DNA of 64,000 bases from an uncultured virus (IMG/VR IMGVR_UViG_3300032309_001794) (IMGVR_UViG_3300032309_001794); one strand, 5' to 3'; counted from the first letter of the stretch, positions 44,131-54,598 are shown. The notes: generated by a model from the letters alone, not told the origin. Made by a program: numbers and translations.

Positions 44131-44538
44131 TTGCAGGGAGGGGATTTAAGTAACGAGACGCCAAGGCGTGTTGCAGTATCTGTTGATTGTTTTTTAGATA
44201 GAGAGCCCGTATTTAAAAAAGTATTTGGATTAATCCCACATACTTCTGAAAACGTTACGTACAACCGGGCCATGTTGTCTAGGTTTTGGCGTTATTCAAA
44301 TGATAATGGTTTAACGCTTGAGCTAGTAGGTTTTGGGTATTCACAAAAAGAGATGGACGAGATCATGGAAGATCTTGACAACTTGGGTACCAATCCGTTT
44401 AGATATGCTAAAGCACATAGAGTTGTTGCAGATTTGGTTGCAGAACTTCCTTACAGGAATGAACTACTATGTGTTATTGATATACCGACTCGCGCACTGA
44501 GATACGGTAGTAGGTACTTTGACCTTGGGAGGGTTTAA
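44131..44538 (+). CDS. Hypothetical protein
   Basis: TTG start; TAATG coupling to the helicase gene. Confidence 0.6.
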   Translation: MQGGDLSNETPRRVAVSVDCFLDREPVFKKVFGLIPHTSENVTYNRAMLSRFWRYSNDNGLTLELVGFGYSQKEMDEIMEDLDNLGTNPFRYAKAHRVVADLVAELPYRNELLCVIDIPTRALRYGSRYFDLGRV

Positions 44539-45755
44539 TGGCTGCTGATAATGAAGTACGGTTAATTAGCCGGGCTATTCGCACACGCGACATTGCACCT
44601 ATTCTTGAATATGGACTGCAAGACGACTGGTTCTACGTAGATGAAAATCGTGCTGTCTGGAAATTTATTCGCCAACACTTTTCAAAGTACAGCGAAGTAC
44701 CTACTGCAGTAACTGTTAAAGATAACTTTCCAACATATCGATTACTTAACGTAGAAGATTCTGTTGAGTACCTTCTTGACCAACTTGTTGAGTATCGTCG
44801 TCGTCAAAAAGCAATTGAGATAGTGCAAGATGCTGCTGACGCTATCTCGTCTGGCGATCACCTAACTGCTATCGAATCAATGTCAGCCGGCATTGCTAAG
44901 ATTATGGACGAGGGCGTAGGTCAGTCTCACGACATTGACCTAAGTAAAAACCCTATGTCTCGTTTTGATGAGTATGAAGCTGTAAAGACCAGGCCTAATG
45001 GTTTGATTGGTATGGCTACCGGATTCTCTTTGATTGACCAAGCAACTGCAGGATTACAACCGGGACAAATTATTGTAATCATTGCTCCACCTAAAACGGG
45101 TAAGTCTGTAATTGCTTTACAGACTGCAGTTAACCTGCATGAAGATGGGTTTGTACCTATGTTTCAATCTTTTGAGATGAGTAGTCGTGAACAGCAAACT
45201 CGTCACGATGCAATGCGTGCAAACATTTCTCATGCCCGGTTAACGCGTGGTGCTCTTAAGACTGATGAAGAAGTTCGTTATGCAAAGTCACTTAAGAGGA
45301 TGGAAACAATGCACAATTTTTATCTTACAGATGGTGTTGCTTCTGGAACTTTGTCAGGACTACAGGCTAAGATTGAAAAACTACAGCCTGACGTAGTGTT
45401 CGTTGACGGTGTGTACCTAATGACTGATGAGGTTACGGGAGAGTTAGGAATTTCATTTCTTGCTTTGACTAATATCACTCGTGGGCTTAAGCGCCTTGCT
45501 CAGAAAGTGCAAAAGCCAATTGTAGTTACCACTCAGGTATTGGAGTCAAAGATGAAAGGCGGCCGTGTTTCGGCTTCATCTATTGGCTACTCTTCATCGT
45601 TCTTCCAAGATGCGGATGTTATTTTGGCTCTTGAACGGCAAGATGCCGAAGACGATTCTTCTCGGTTATTTAGAATTGAAGCAAGTCGTAACTGCGGAAA
45701 AGTTGAAGTAGAACTACTTTGGGATTGGGAAAACGGAAAGTTTCAAGAATACTAG
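44538..45755 (+). CDS. DnaB-like replicative helicase
   Basis: APPKTGKS, SFEMS, VFVDGVYLM, QDADVIL, SRN motifs. Confidence 0.9.
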   Translation: MAADNEVRLISRAIRTRDIAPILEYGLQDDWFYVDENRAVWKFIRQHFSKYSEVPTAVTVKDNFPTYRLLNVEDSVEYLLDQLVEYRRRQKAIEIVQDAADAISSGDHLTAIESMSAGIAKIMDEGVGQSHDIDLSKNPMSRFDEYEAVKTRPNGLIGMATGFSLIDQATAGLQPGQIIVIIAPPKTGKSVIALQTAVNLHEDGFVPMFQSFEMSSREQQTRHDAMRANISHARLTRGALKTDEEVRYAKSLKRMETMHNFYLTDGVASGTLSGLQAKIEKLQPDVVFVDGVYLMTDEVTGELGISFLALTNITRGLKRLAQKVQKPIVVTTQVLESKMKGGRVSASSIGYSSSFFQDADVILALERQDAEDDSSRLFRIEASRNCGKVEVELLWDWENGKFQEY

Positions 45756-45764
45756 GAGGGGAAC

Positions 45765-46013
45765 ATGGACTTTGGTCCAAATTTTGAGGGAAAGCAAGCT
45801 TGCTTAAAAGTTGATGCGGATATCTTTTTTCCAAATAACGCAGATCGTGCAGGACTTGTTAATGCAAAAGCTATTTGTGCAAGCTGTGAGGTTAGTATTC
45901 CTTGTTTAGAATACGCTGTGCGCCACCCAAGTCTTGATGGCATTTGGGGAGGAACAACTCCTCGTCAACGGGAATCTATACGTTCACGTATGCGCAAGGA
46001 AAAGGTATACTAA
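45765..46013 (+). CDS. whiB: WhiB family transcription factor
   Basis: Four Cys (C..CASC.....C), DIFFP, GIWGG; GGAGG RBS. Confidence 0.92.
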   Translation: MDFGPNFEGKQACLKVDADIFFPNNADRAGLVNAKAICASCEVSIPCLEYAVRHPSLDGIWGGTTPRQRESIRSRMRKEKVY

Positions 46014-46993
46014 TGATTTTTAAAGACGGTGAAGTAGATCAAGTACTACTTAAATTAGATGTTTATGTAGAACGCGAACGTGGATCAGAGCGTATTGCTT
46101 TGTGTCCAGGTCACGAGTTACGTACAGGTCGTAAAGATGAAAACCCTTCTTGGTCAATCAACATTGACACAGGTGTGCATCATTGTTTTTCCTGTAACTA
46201 CAAAGGCAACATCCTTACCCTTATTGCAGAACAACTAGAGTTTCTTACAGATTGGGGTCGTTTAGACCTTGATGCTGCAAAACATTGGCTACGCACCAAC
46301 TCAGAGGTTGATTTAGAGTTAATCTCTAAGCAAATGTCAGAGGTACGTGACTCCTACATCTCTATACCTAAACCAGTAGAAATGAGCGAAGCACGCTTAG
46401 CTTTGTATGTAGACCCACCAGACTGGGCATTAAAAGCTAGAGACATATCTATTCCTTCGGCACTTAAGTACGGGGTTCGTTGGGATAAGGATCTTAATTC
46501 TTGGATTCTTCCTATTCGTAATCCAGATACTAAAAAACTAATTGGTTGGCAAGAAAAAGGACAGTTAAGCCGTCACTTTAAAAACCGCCCTACCGGTGTT
46601 CAAAAAAGTTCTACGTTGTTTGGCATAGACGCTTGGAATGGTGGGCAGATGATTCTGGTAGAAAGCCCACTAGACGCCGTACGCCTCGACTCATTAGGAT
46701 TTAAGGGAGCAGTGGCTTGCTACGGGGCGCATTTAAGTCCGGCACAACTTGAGTTATTGTGCTCAGCAGATTCTCTCATCATTGCTTTTGATAATCCAAG
46801 CATAGACACAGCAGGGTGTGCTGGAGCAATGCATATGCTGGAGTCTAGTCGTCGTCGTGGAGTTGAGTGCTGGTTCTTTAACTACAGCAATACCTCCGCA
46901 AAAGATATTGGCGATATGTCGTCAGATGAGGTAACGTTTGGTATATCAAACGCGCGTCATTGTGTTTTGGGTAAAGCCGCTATTCTTTCGTGA
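46013..46993 (+). CDS. DNA primase (CHC2 zinc finger plus TOPRIM)
   Basis: CPGH..PSWSI..HCFSC; VESPLDA; AFDN; KDIGD. Confidence 0.88.
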   Translation: MIFKDGEVDQVLLKLDVYVERERGSERIALCPGHELRTGRKDENPSWSINIDTGVHHCFSCNYKGNILTLIAEQLEFLTDWGRLDLDAAKHWLRTNSEVDLELISKQMSEVRDSYISIPKPVEMSEARLALYVDPPDWALKARDISIPSALKYGVRWDKDLNSWILPIRNPDTKKLIGWQEKGQLSRHFKNRPTGVQKSSTLFGIDAWNGGQMILVESPLDAVRLDSLGFKGAVACYGAHLSPAQLELLCSADSLIIAFDNPSIDTAGCAGAMHMLESSRRRGVECWFFNYSNTSAKDIGDMSSDEVTFGISNARHCVLGKAAILS

Positions 46994-46999
46994 GGGTAA

Positions 47000-48553
47000 A
47001 TGTTTACAGGTAAGCTTCTTCCGTATCAAATAGAAGCCGTAGATAAAATGTGTTCTAGTGGAAAAATGCTTGTAGCATATGACCTTGGACTAGGAAAAAC
47101 TGTTTTAACTATTGCTGCAATTGAACGGTTACGTAAAGAGGGAAAGATAGAAGGCCCTGGGTTAGTAATCTGCCTGTCTAGTTTAAAGTACCAATGGGCT
47201 TTTCAAATAAATAACTTTACGTCTGGAACCGCTACCGCTTTAGTTATTGATGGTACTCCAGCTGCTCGTGCAAAACAATACGCTGATGCAAAAAACTATG
47301 ATTATATAATTCTTAATTATGAACAAGTAGTTAATGATTATAAAGAAGTACAAAAACTTCCTCGGTCATTTATTGTAGCTGACGAAGCTACTGCTTTAAA
47401 GAGTTTTAAGTCTAAAAGGTCAAAAGAAGTAAAAAAATTAAAGTCTCCTTACACGTTTGCATTAACTGGAACTCCAGTAGAAAACGGAAAACCAGAAGAA
47501 CTATTTAGCATTATGCAATTTGTAGACCCTAAAGTATTGGGCAGCTTTGGAACATTTGATCAAAATTATATTGTTCGTAATTACTTTGGAGGAGTAGAGA
47601 GGTATAAAAACCTTCCGGCATTGACTCAACGCATGTCTGTGGCATGTGTACGTAAACGCCAAAGCGACGAAGATGTAGCCCCGTACCTTCCTGAAACAAT
47701 TACTGCTTCTCCAATTATTGTTCCTTTTGATAAAGCCACGCAGTCTGTATACAACAGTATCGTTGACGAACTTATTACAGACTTAGATGAGGCTGTAGAC
47801 AGTTTTACGGACTTTAATATTTTTTCAGAGTCTGTATATGACCCAACTATTAACGAGATTAAAGGGCGAATTATGTCTAAACTTACGGCCTTACGTATGC
47901 TTTGTGACCATCCATCGTTAGTTCGCACTAGTGGTACGACGTACAACTCTAATCCTTTAGGCATACAAGGGTCTAAGTATGCTGGAGAGTTACTTTTAGA
48001 TGGACGTTTAGACCGCGTACTAAAAACCCCTAAGCTAGAGATTCTTAAAGAAACTGTTATTGAATTCTTAACCTCAGACCCAAAAAACAAACTTGTAATT
48101 TTTACCAGTTTTGTAGCTATGACTGACTTAATTGCTAAAGATTTGGCAATGTTTGGAGTACAGACTTATACTGGTAAAATGAACGCAAAAGAAAAAGAGG
48201 AGGCTAAAGTTGATTTTCAAACTAATCCTGCTACTCGCATCCTTGTTAGTTCTGATGCTGGCGGCTATGGTGTTGATTTGCCGCAAGCTAATCTTCTTAT
48301 TAACTACGATTTACCGTGGAACGCCGGTTTGGCACTACAGCGAAACGGACGCATACGACGAGCTTCCAGCACCTGGAAACACGTAGTAATTCAAGACATA
48401 TTAATAAAAGGTTCTATTGAAGAACGGCAATATGCTATGCTTCAACAAAAAATGTCAGTAGCTAATGCTATTATTGACGGTGAGGGGTTAGACGACGCTG
48501 GTGGCCTAAAGCTTACAGTTGGATCCCTTCGCAAGTTCCTACACACGATATAA
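47000..48553 (+). CDS. SNF2-family helicase
   Basis: DLGLGKT, ADEA, LTGTPVEN, GGYGVDL, DLPWN..QRNGRIRR. Confidence 0.9.
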   Translation: MFTGKLLPYQIEAVDKMCSSGKMLVAYDLGLGKTVLTIAAIERLRKEGKIEGPGLVICLSSLKYQWAFQINNFTSGTATALVIDGTPAARAKQYADAKNYDYIILNYEQVVNDYKEVQKLPRSFIVADEATALKSFKSKRSKEVKKLKSPYTFALTGTPVENGKPEELFSIMQFVDPKVLGSFGTFDQNYIVRNYFGGVERYKNLPALTQRMSVACVRKRQSDEDVAPYLPETITASPIIVPFDKATQSVYNSIVDELITDLDEAVDSFTDFNIFSESVYDPTINEIKGRIMSKLTALRMLCDHPSLVRTSGTTYNSNPLGIQGSKYAGELLLDGRLDRVLKTPKLEILKETVIEFLTSDPKNKLVIFTSFVAMTDLIAKDLAMFGVQTYTGKMNAKEKEEAKVDFQTNPATRILVSSDAGGYGVDLPQANLLINYDLPWNAGLALQRNGRIRRASSTWKHVVIQDILIKGSIEERQYAMLQQKMSVANAIIDGEGLDDAGGLKLTVGSLRKFLHTI

Positions 48554-48567
48554 CTAATGGAGAAAAT

Positions 48568-49017
48568 ATGCCTGAAGTAATTGGTAAAACTAATTTACCT
48601 ACGCCTGACGATTACAGTCAATCAAGTTTAGATAATATGTACAAAGAGTATGTACTTTTAAAACGTAACATTGATGATTTAACTGCTCGTCAAAATGAGA
48701 TTAAAAAAGAACTTTCATCTTTTGTTGAAGCAAACGGTCTAGAAGACGATAAAGGCCACATGTGGTACGACATGCCTGAATATAATGGATACGTAGGTAT
48801 GCAGCGTCAGCGTCGTGTAACACAAAAAATTGACGAAGAAGCAGCCCTTTCCATTCTTACAGATAAAGGTTTAGCAGAGCGCTGCTTTGAAACTAAGCCT
48901 GTGCTTGATCAAGAACAAGTACTTAAGTGTATGTACGAAGGGCTTATCAATGAAGATGAACTTGACACCATATTCCCTAAGTCTGTAACATCAGCTTTTG
49001 TACTAATGAAGAAGTAA
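48568..49017 (+). CDS. Hypothetical coiled-coil protein
   Basis: GGAG RBS; 149 aa. Confidence 0.65.
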   Translation: MPEVIGKTNLPTPDDYSQSSLDNMYKEYVLLKRNIDDLTARQNEIKKELSSFVEANGLEDDKGHMWYDMPEYNGYVGMQRQRRVTQKIDEEAALSILTDKGLAERCFETKPVLDQEQVLKCMYEGLINEDELDTIFPKSVTSAFVLMKK

Positions 49018-49019
49018 CT

Positions 49020-49142
49020 ATGGCTAGGATGAAAGAAGAATATCTTAACAATTTGCACTTATGTTCATATTGTGAATCGGCATTTGACGAAGTATTAGAT
49101 TTACTTGCGCACTTAAAGGATAAGCATAAATGGAAGAGCTAA
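49020..49142 (+). CDS. Micro-protein with classical C2H2 zinc finger (40 aa), not in ORF track
   Basis: CSYCESAFDEVLDLLAHLKDKH = C-x2-C-x3-F-x5-L-x2-H-x4-H. Confidence 0.6.
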   Translation: MARMKEEYLNNLHLCSYCESAFDEVLDLLAHLKDKHKWKS

Positions 49143-49279
49143 CAGAAGAAAAGTTACTTGCATTAGTTGCTCAAGCTTTAGAAGTGTGGGATCCAATTCT
49201 TTTTAAACGCAAAGACGATAGTATGGGCGCAGCGTTTATTGCTATTGATACGTTTAAGCGTGTGATGGGGGCACAGTAA
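49130..49279 (+). CDS. Hypothetical protein (49 aa), not in ORF track
   Basis: AAGGA RBS; MEELTEEKLLALVAQALEVWD..; fills the gap. Confidence 0.55.
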   Translation: MEELTEEKLLALVAQALEVWDPILFKRKDDSMGAAFIAIDTFKRVMGAQ

Positions 49280-49282
49280 TAT

Positions 49283-49759
49283 ATGTCAGATGATTCAATT
49301 GAGGAATTGTTTAGATCTCTTGATGAGTTTTATCCCGGTTCTAAGAAAAAACGTCGCCCAATAAATCCTGAGGTAGAGCGTAAAAAAAGGCAAGCAAAAG
49401 ACTTAGAAGCGTGGGATGCAAAACCTCAAATAAAAACCTTGGGTAGTGGAAATAAAGTAGAACTATTTAGTGCTGGCACATTTGGAAACGCACTTGGTAG
49501 GCCTTTAGTTACTATTCGTTTATGGGAACGTAAAGGGTATATTCCTCGCGCACCGTACCGGCTAAAGTCCATTATCGTAGGTGAAAAGAAAAAACCGGGG
49601 TGGCGCATGTATAGTCGTGCTATGATTGAAAGTGCAATAGAAAGCTTTCAGTCCAGAGGTCTCTTAGAGGCCCCTCGGATTGACTGGGATCGACATCCAG
49701 ATCTCTCGTTGGAAATTTACGAGAACTGGGTTAAGATTCATAACCAAGAAACCGAATAA
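49283..49759 (+). CDS. MerR-like HTH DNA-binding protein
   Basis: ALGRPLVTIRLWERKGYIP..GWRMYS. Confidence 0.72.
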   Translation: MSDDSIEELFRSLDEFYPGSKKKRRPINPEVERKKRQAKDLEAWDAKPQIKTLGSGNKVELFSAGTFGNALGRPLVTIRLWERKGYIPRAPYRLKSIIVGEKKKPGWRMYSRAMIESAIESFQSRGLLEAPRIDWDRHPDLSLEIYENWVKIHNQETE

Positions 49760-49797
49760 CCAAAACGCCATATGGCCATAACAAAGGAAGTACTACC

Positions 49798-50493
49798 ATG
49801 GCAACACGCCGCAATGTAACAGACGTCGACTCTTACTTAGAGGATGACGATTTAGAAGCAACTGCTAAAGAAGCAGCAGATGTTTTTGAAGACGAAGACG
49901 AAGACGAATCAGCAGAACGTTCGTCAGTAATTCAGGTTGGCTGGGCAGCAGCAAAGAAAGTTGCAGCTAAAGTCAGCAAGTCATACGCATCTGATTTCAA
50001 GTTTGAAGAAGATGTTCAACTCATTAAGTTTCTCTCTCCAGAACCAATGAGTTTCTCACAGCACTGGGTACAGCGTCAGGGCAAAAAGTCATTCGTTTGC
50101 CTTGGCACTTCACAGTGTCCTTTATGTCGTGCAGGTAACAAGCCAGAAAACAAGTTTGCATTCTCCATTGTTAACTTGATGGAAGAAGAACCAGCAGTTC
50201 AGATGATGACTGTAGGACTTCGCCTGTGCGGTCAATTGGAAAAGCTAAATAGCGATCCAAAGACAGGACCCCTAGATCGAATGTTCTGGGCGGTTAGCAA
50301 GTCGGGAGTAGGTCCAAAGACCACTTACTCGATCATGCCTGTTAAGGAACGCGATTTACCCGAAGACTGGGATCTCGATGTAGCAGAGGTCGCGGAAGCA
50401 ATGTCCGGCTTAACGCCACTTGGACCTGAAGCACTGCGTATGTCTACCAAGACTGAGCTTGCCGAGATTGCACGCGAAATACCTGAAGACTAA
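49798..50493 (+). CDS. Single-stranded DNA-binding protein (gp32-like)
   Basis: QHW..SFVC....CPLC zinc motif, SKSG.G.KTTY; acidic; directly before the polymerase. Confidence 0.7.
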   Translation: MATRRNVTDVDSYLEDDDLEATAKEAADVFEDEDEDESAERSSVIQVGWAAAKKVAAKVSKSYASDFKFEEDVQLIKFLSPEPMSFSQHWVQRQGKKSFVCLGTSQCPLCRAGNKPENKFAFSIVNLMEEEPAVQMMTVGLRLCGQLEKLNSDPKTGPLDRMFWAVSKSGVGPKTTYSIMPVKERDLPEDWDLDVAEVAEAMSGLTPLGPEALRMSTKTELAEIAREIPED

Positions 50494-50506
50494 GAAATCC
50501 CACCCC

Positions 50507-50553
50507 GTAGGGTGCTAGGTCTACCCCTCCTTGGCTTAGCACCCTACATTTTT
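50507..50553 (+). terminator. Rho-independent terminator with C-rich loop
   Basis: 15-bp stem GTAGGGTGCTAGGTC/GGCTTAGCACCCTAC (two G-U pairs), loop TACCCCTCCTT, then ATTTTT. Confidence 0.8.
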
Positions 50554-50566
50554 ATATGGAGAGTTT

Positions 50567-52543
50567 ATGAATATTGTTATGAATACCAATCAACTTAAAG
50601 AAGTTGTTGATGCCTACTCACAAGTAGATGAATTTGTTTTTGACGTAGAAACGTCAGGCCCGCACCGTGGAGACCCACGCCAAAATGCTGTTGTATGGAT
50701 TGCATTGGCTACAGAAGGCCGCGTAGATGTTATACCTATGGGTCACCCAAATGGTGACTACATTCGCACCGAGTACCCATTGCTACCTTCAGCGGTACTT
50801 CGTGAATCAAAAGGTTTACAAATACGTCCTCAGGATTACAGTAAAGACGGGCGTAAAGCCACTAAGATATTTACAGAAGCCCCTGAACAATTAACTCCTG
50901 GGGAAGTATTTAAAGCTTTAAAGCCTTTATTTTTTAGCGATCAAGTTAAGGTAGGTCACAATGTTAAGTTCGATCTTCAAAGTATTGCAAAATACGTTGG
51001 AGGGTTGCCAAACCGTCCTTACGCGTGCACGCTCAACGCCTCGTTTGTACTGGACAATCAATCTCGTAACGGCTTGGGCTTGGATGATTGTCTTAAGCGT
51101 GAGTTTAATTACGATATGGTCAAAGGAGTAGGTAAAGAAATTGAAGCACACAGTTTTGATGAAGTAGCTACTTATGCCGGTCTTGATGCTGAATGGACTT
51201 GGAAACTTTGGAAGCGATATTCAAATCGCCTCAATGAAGATAAACTTACCAAATTATTTGCATTAGAAATGGACGTTCTTGAAGTTATCTGCAGCATGGA
51301 ATTACGTGGAGCAGACATAGATGTTTCTTCCTTAAAGGTCCTAAAGGAAAGTCTTGAAGAGCAACTTGAAGAATGCAAAGCAGAGATCTATAAAGTTGCT
51401 GGTAAATCTTTTAACTTAAACAGTGTTCAAGAAAAACAAAAACTTCTTTACTCACCTAAAAAAGCAGGTGGACGTGGTTTGAAACCTAAAATACCTACTA
51501 CAAACGGTAAAAAGAAACTTGAAAGCGGAGAAGAAACTTTTGTAACTGATTTCTCAGTATCAGAACAAGCTTTAAACGCTCTGGCAGGTAAAGACCCTTT
51601 GGTAGACGGACTTATTAAGTATTCAGATTTAAATAAACTTCTTACTACTTATGTAATTCCATATTTGGGCGGAGACATTACTCGCACAACTGGCGGTAAA
51701 AGTAAGATTGTTGCTAAGAAGGCCCTATTATTAGACGGACGTGTGCACACCGATTTTGTTCAATATGGTGCTGAAACAGGGCGGTTCTCAAGCCGTAACC
51801 CTAACCTTCAAAACGTTCCTGCTCCTCACACCTCAAACGGTAAAGCTATACGTAACTTGTTTATAGCTCCAGAAAACCATTCACTGATTGTTGCTGACTA
51901 TAGCCAGATTGAACCTCGTGTTATTGCATCTTTTTCTAAAGACCGCATTATGACTAGTTCTTATTTAGAAGGTGGAGATATCTACACGACTGTAGGTAAT
52001 ACCATGGGAGTAGACCGCAAAGCTGGAAAAGTATTGGTTTTGGCTATGGCATATGGCGTAGGACCAGACAAAATTGCAGATCAAATCGGGTGCTCTGTAA
52101 CAGAGGCTAAAGAACTATTGGCTGGGTTCTCAGCCAAGTTCCCGTCTATAGACAGGTACAAACGTTCAGTAATTTCTGAAAGTCGTAGTAAAGCCCCCGT
52201 ACCTTATGCAACAACTCTGTTAAAACGTCGCCGGTACCTACCAGATTTACGTTCACGGGAGATGTGGAAGCGCTCCAGGGCCGAACGTCAAGCTTTTAAT
52301 ACGGTTATCCAGGGATCAGCAGCAGATATTATCAAAGTTGCAATGGTCAGGGCTTATAGTATGATTCCAGAAGAGGCAAGTTTAATTCTCACAGTTCATG
52401 ATGAATTGGTTACTGTAACCCCTAATCATTTAGTAGAGGAAACTGCCGAAGCAATTCGTGGTGCTATGGAAGGTATCCAGGTACTAAACATACCGTTACT
52501 TGCGGATGTTAAAACTGTGACAAGGTGGGGAGAGGCCAAGTGA
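50567..52543 (+). CDS. polA: DNA polymerase family A with 3'-5' exonuclease
   Basis: FDVET, GHNVKFD, YAGLDA; TGRFSSRNPNLQN, DYSQIEPR, IQGSAAD, VHDEL. Confidence 0.95.
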   Translation: MNIVMNTNQLKEVVDAYSQVDEFVFDVETSGPHRGDPRQNAVVWIALATEGRVDVIPMGHPNGDYIRTEYPLLPSAVLRESKGLQIRPQDYSKDGRKATKIFTEAPEQLTPGEVFKALKPLFFSDQVKVGHNVKFDLQSIAKYVGGLPNRPYACTLNASFVLDNQSRNGLGLDDCLKREFNYDMVKGVGKEIEAHSFDEVATYAGLDAEWTWKLWKRYSNRLNEDKLTKLFALEMDVLEVICSMELRGADIDVSSLKVLKESLEEQLEECKAEIYKVAGKSFNLNSVQEKQKLLYSPKKAGGRGLKPKIPTTNGKKKLESGEETFVTDFSVSEQALNALAGKDPLVDGLIKYSDLNKLLTTYVIPYLGGDITRTTGGKSKIVAKKALLLDGRVHTDFVQYGAETGRFSSRNPNLQNVPAPHTSNGKAIRNLFIAPENHSLIVADYSQIEPRVIASFSKDRIMTSSYLEGGDIYTTVGNTMGVDRKAGKVLVLAMAYGVGPDKIADQIGCSVTEAKELLAGFSAKFPSIDRYKRSVISESRSKAPVPYATTLLKRRRYLPDLRSREMWKRSRAERQAFNTVIQGSAADIIKVAMVRAYSMIPEEASLILTVHDELVTVTPNHLVEETAEAIRGAMEGIQVLNIPLLADVKTVTRWGEAK

Positions 52544-52962
52544 AGTTTTTTCGTAAAAAACGTGAACCAACTATCGATACAACAAATTTGTCACCTACTG
52601 CGCAAATACGTAAAATTATTTACGATACTGGATGTAAAAACCCTGAACAAGTAGCAGTACTAATGGGTCTTACTAACCTATCTACTGACGTTGCTGAGAT
52701 GGAATTAAACGCTAGCGAACTTCGTGTAAACAGGGTTCTTCCAATATTTCCAGTTGTTGAAAGCCATGCTATGGTTTCAGCACAAGTTAGCGCTATGTCT
52801 TATTTCCACAGCGCTATGGAAGATGGAGAAGAGATGCCTGAAAAAGAACTTATAAATGCTTTAACTCAAATGTTTAACTTTGTTTCTTTTTCCTCAGCGG
52901 TATCTTGTTTAGCAGCTTTATTTGATTTAGGGTTAATAAAGGAAGGTTACGAAAATGTCTGA
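52540..52962 (+). CDS. Hypothetical protein
   Basis: GTGA overlap with the polA stop. Confidence 0.6.
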   Translation: MKFFRKKREPTIDTTNLSPTAQIRKIIYDTGCKNPEQVAVLMGLTNLSTDVAEMELNASELRVNRVLPIFPVVESHAMVSAQVSAMSYFHSAMEDGEEMPEKELINALTQMFNFVSFSSAVSCLAALFDLGLIKEGYENV

Positions 52963-53344
52963 TTGGTGGTCTAAAAAATTAAACGGAGATGTTCCAAGGG
53001 AATTTCGACCAAGTGCGCCTACTTCTCCTTTACCTAACGTTAGGTACGTTCCGGAAGGCAACGTTTCTAGCACCCCTGTTAGGTACGACTCAGATCAGGA
53101 TGCTTTAGTAGTTAAAGCACAAAGTTCTCGTCAAGTAGATAAATGTCCTGGATGTTTTTCTGGTAACTATATGGCACCTCAAGGTACCAACCTTAAGCGG
53201 TGTTACGATTGTGGATATCCACTGCTACAATCAGGTAGTGGGGGAGGAATGCCGTCAGACAGTTCGTCGCCTGCTACACCTTCTAAACAAATATCAACGG
53301 GAAATAACTTTAATCCACAACAGATTATAGGACGTATTGAATAA
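52955..53344 (+). CDS. Hypothetical zinc-ribbon protein
   Basis: CPGCFSGNY...RCYDCGYP. Confidence 0.65.
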   Translation: MSDWWSKKLNGDVPREFRPSAPTSPLPNVRYVPEGNVSSTPVRYDSDQDALVVKAQSSRQVDKCPGCFSGNYMAPQGTNLKRCYDCGYPLLQSGSGGGMPSDSSSPATPSKQISTGNNFNPQQIIGRIE

Positions 53345-54399
53345 TGGCTTTAAATGCTGAAGTACTTAAAATAGCTGCTCTTCTTAATAAAAAACATGGA
53401 GCAGACATGGTTGTACGCGCTAGCGATGCGCTTATACCAAAACGTATTACAACAGGCTCTTTAACACTAGACGTTGTTCTCGGCGGTGGCTGGCCTATTA
53501 ATAAATGGACAGAAATTATTGGTGAGGCGTCTAATGGCAAGACAGCAATTGCTCTTAAGACCGTTGCAGCCAACCAAGCCAAAGATCCAGATTTTACAAC
53601 AGTTTGGGTTGCTGCAGAACCTTTTGATGTTCAATACGCAGAGATGTGCGGCGTAGACACAGATCGTGTACTTATTGTAGAAACAAATATTATGGAAGAA
53701 GCTTATGAAGCAGCCATTAAATTTTGTGAGTCTAAATCTGTTGATCTTATTATTATTGATTCCCTTCCTGCTCTAGTTCCAGTTAGCGAAGACGAAAAGA
53801 ATATGGATGAAATGACCGTAGGTCGTGGAGCCCTTATGACTAATAAGTTTTTTCGCAAAGTTTCTAAAGCAACGAAGCGTTCTTTAGTAGAAGAAGAACG
53901 TGGCGTTACTGGAATTCTCATTAATCAATACCGCATGAAAATTGGAGTAATGCACGGAGACCCTCGCACTACTCCAGGAGGTTTAGGTAAAGATTATGCT
54001 ATGGCTATTCGTTGTGAAGTAAAGCGTGACGATTGGCTAGAGGTAGGTACTGGTGTAGAGAAACGCCGTGTAGGTCAAACTATTCGTATAAGAACTATTA
54101 AGAATAAGACATTTCCTCCACAGCAGACCGCCTACCTAGATTTTGCTTTTGCTGATGGTGGGGTTATTGATGCTGGATCTTACGACACTGCCAAGGAGAT
54201 TATCTCTTTATCTATCATCAATGGGATAGTAGACCGCCGTGGTGGTTGGTTGTACTACGGAGACCGCAAGTGGCAGGGAGCTGCAAATTTAGTAGAGTCT
54301 ATTCGTGAAGAGATTGATCTTCGTGATGAACTGTCCTTAGCAGTTATGGATACTCTTAAAGGTATTCCTCCAATCTTGAATATTGATGAAAATGAATAA
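53344..54399 (+). CDS. recA: RecA-like recombinase
   Basis: TTGSLTLDVVLGGG.P, GEASNGKT, IIIDS, INQYRMKIGVMHGDPRTTPGG, KNK. Confidence 0.93.
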   Translation: MALNAEVLKIAALLNKKHGADMVVRASDALIPKRITTGSLTLDVVLGGGWPINKWTEIIGEASNGKTAIALKTVAANQAKDPDFTTVWVAAEPFDVQYAEMCGVDTDRVLIVETNIMEEAYEAAIKFCESKSVDLIIIDSLPALVPVSEDEKNMDEMTVGRGALMTNKFFRKVSKATKRSLVEEERGVTGILINQYRMKIGVMHGDPRTTPGGLGKDYAMAIRCEVKRDDWLEVGTGVEKRRVGQTIRIRTIKNKTFPPQQTAYLDFAFADGGVIDAGSYDTAKEIISLSIINGIVDRRGGWLYYGDRKWQGAANLVESIREEIDLRDELSLAVMDTLKGIPPILNIDENE

Positions 54400-54598
54400 C
54401 ATGGACCCTTATATGATTAGGGATTTTGCTCAGGATATGAATAGAGCATTAGCGACTGCTGAATCTATGATTAGCCACCAAAATGATTCACTTAAACGTG
54501 TTCGTAATCTTGCAGAACTCTGGATGACTACAGAAAGTACATGCCTTATTTCTGCAGGTCATGACTTACTTAAAGCACTAAATGGAGAACAATTATGA
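54392..54598 (+). CDS. Small hypothetical protein
   Basis: Coupled ORF; ends KALNGEQL. Confidence 0.55.
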   Translation: MNNMDPYMIRDFAQDMNRALATAESMISHQNDSLKRVRNLAELWMTTESTCLISAGHDLLKALNGEQL

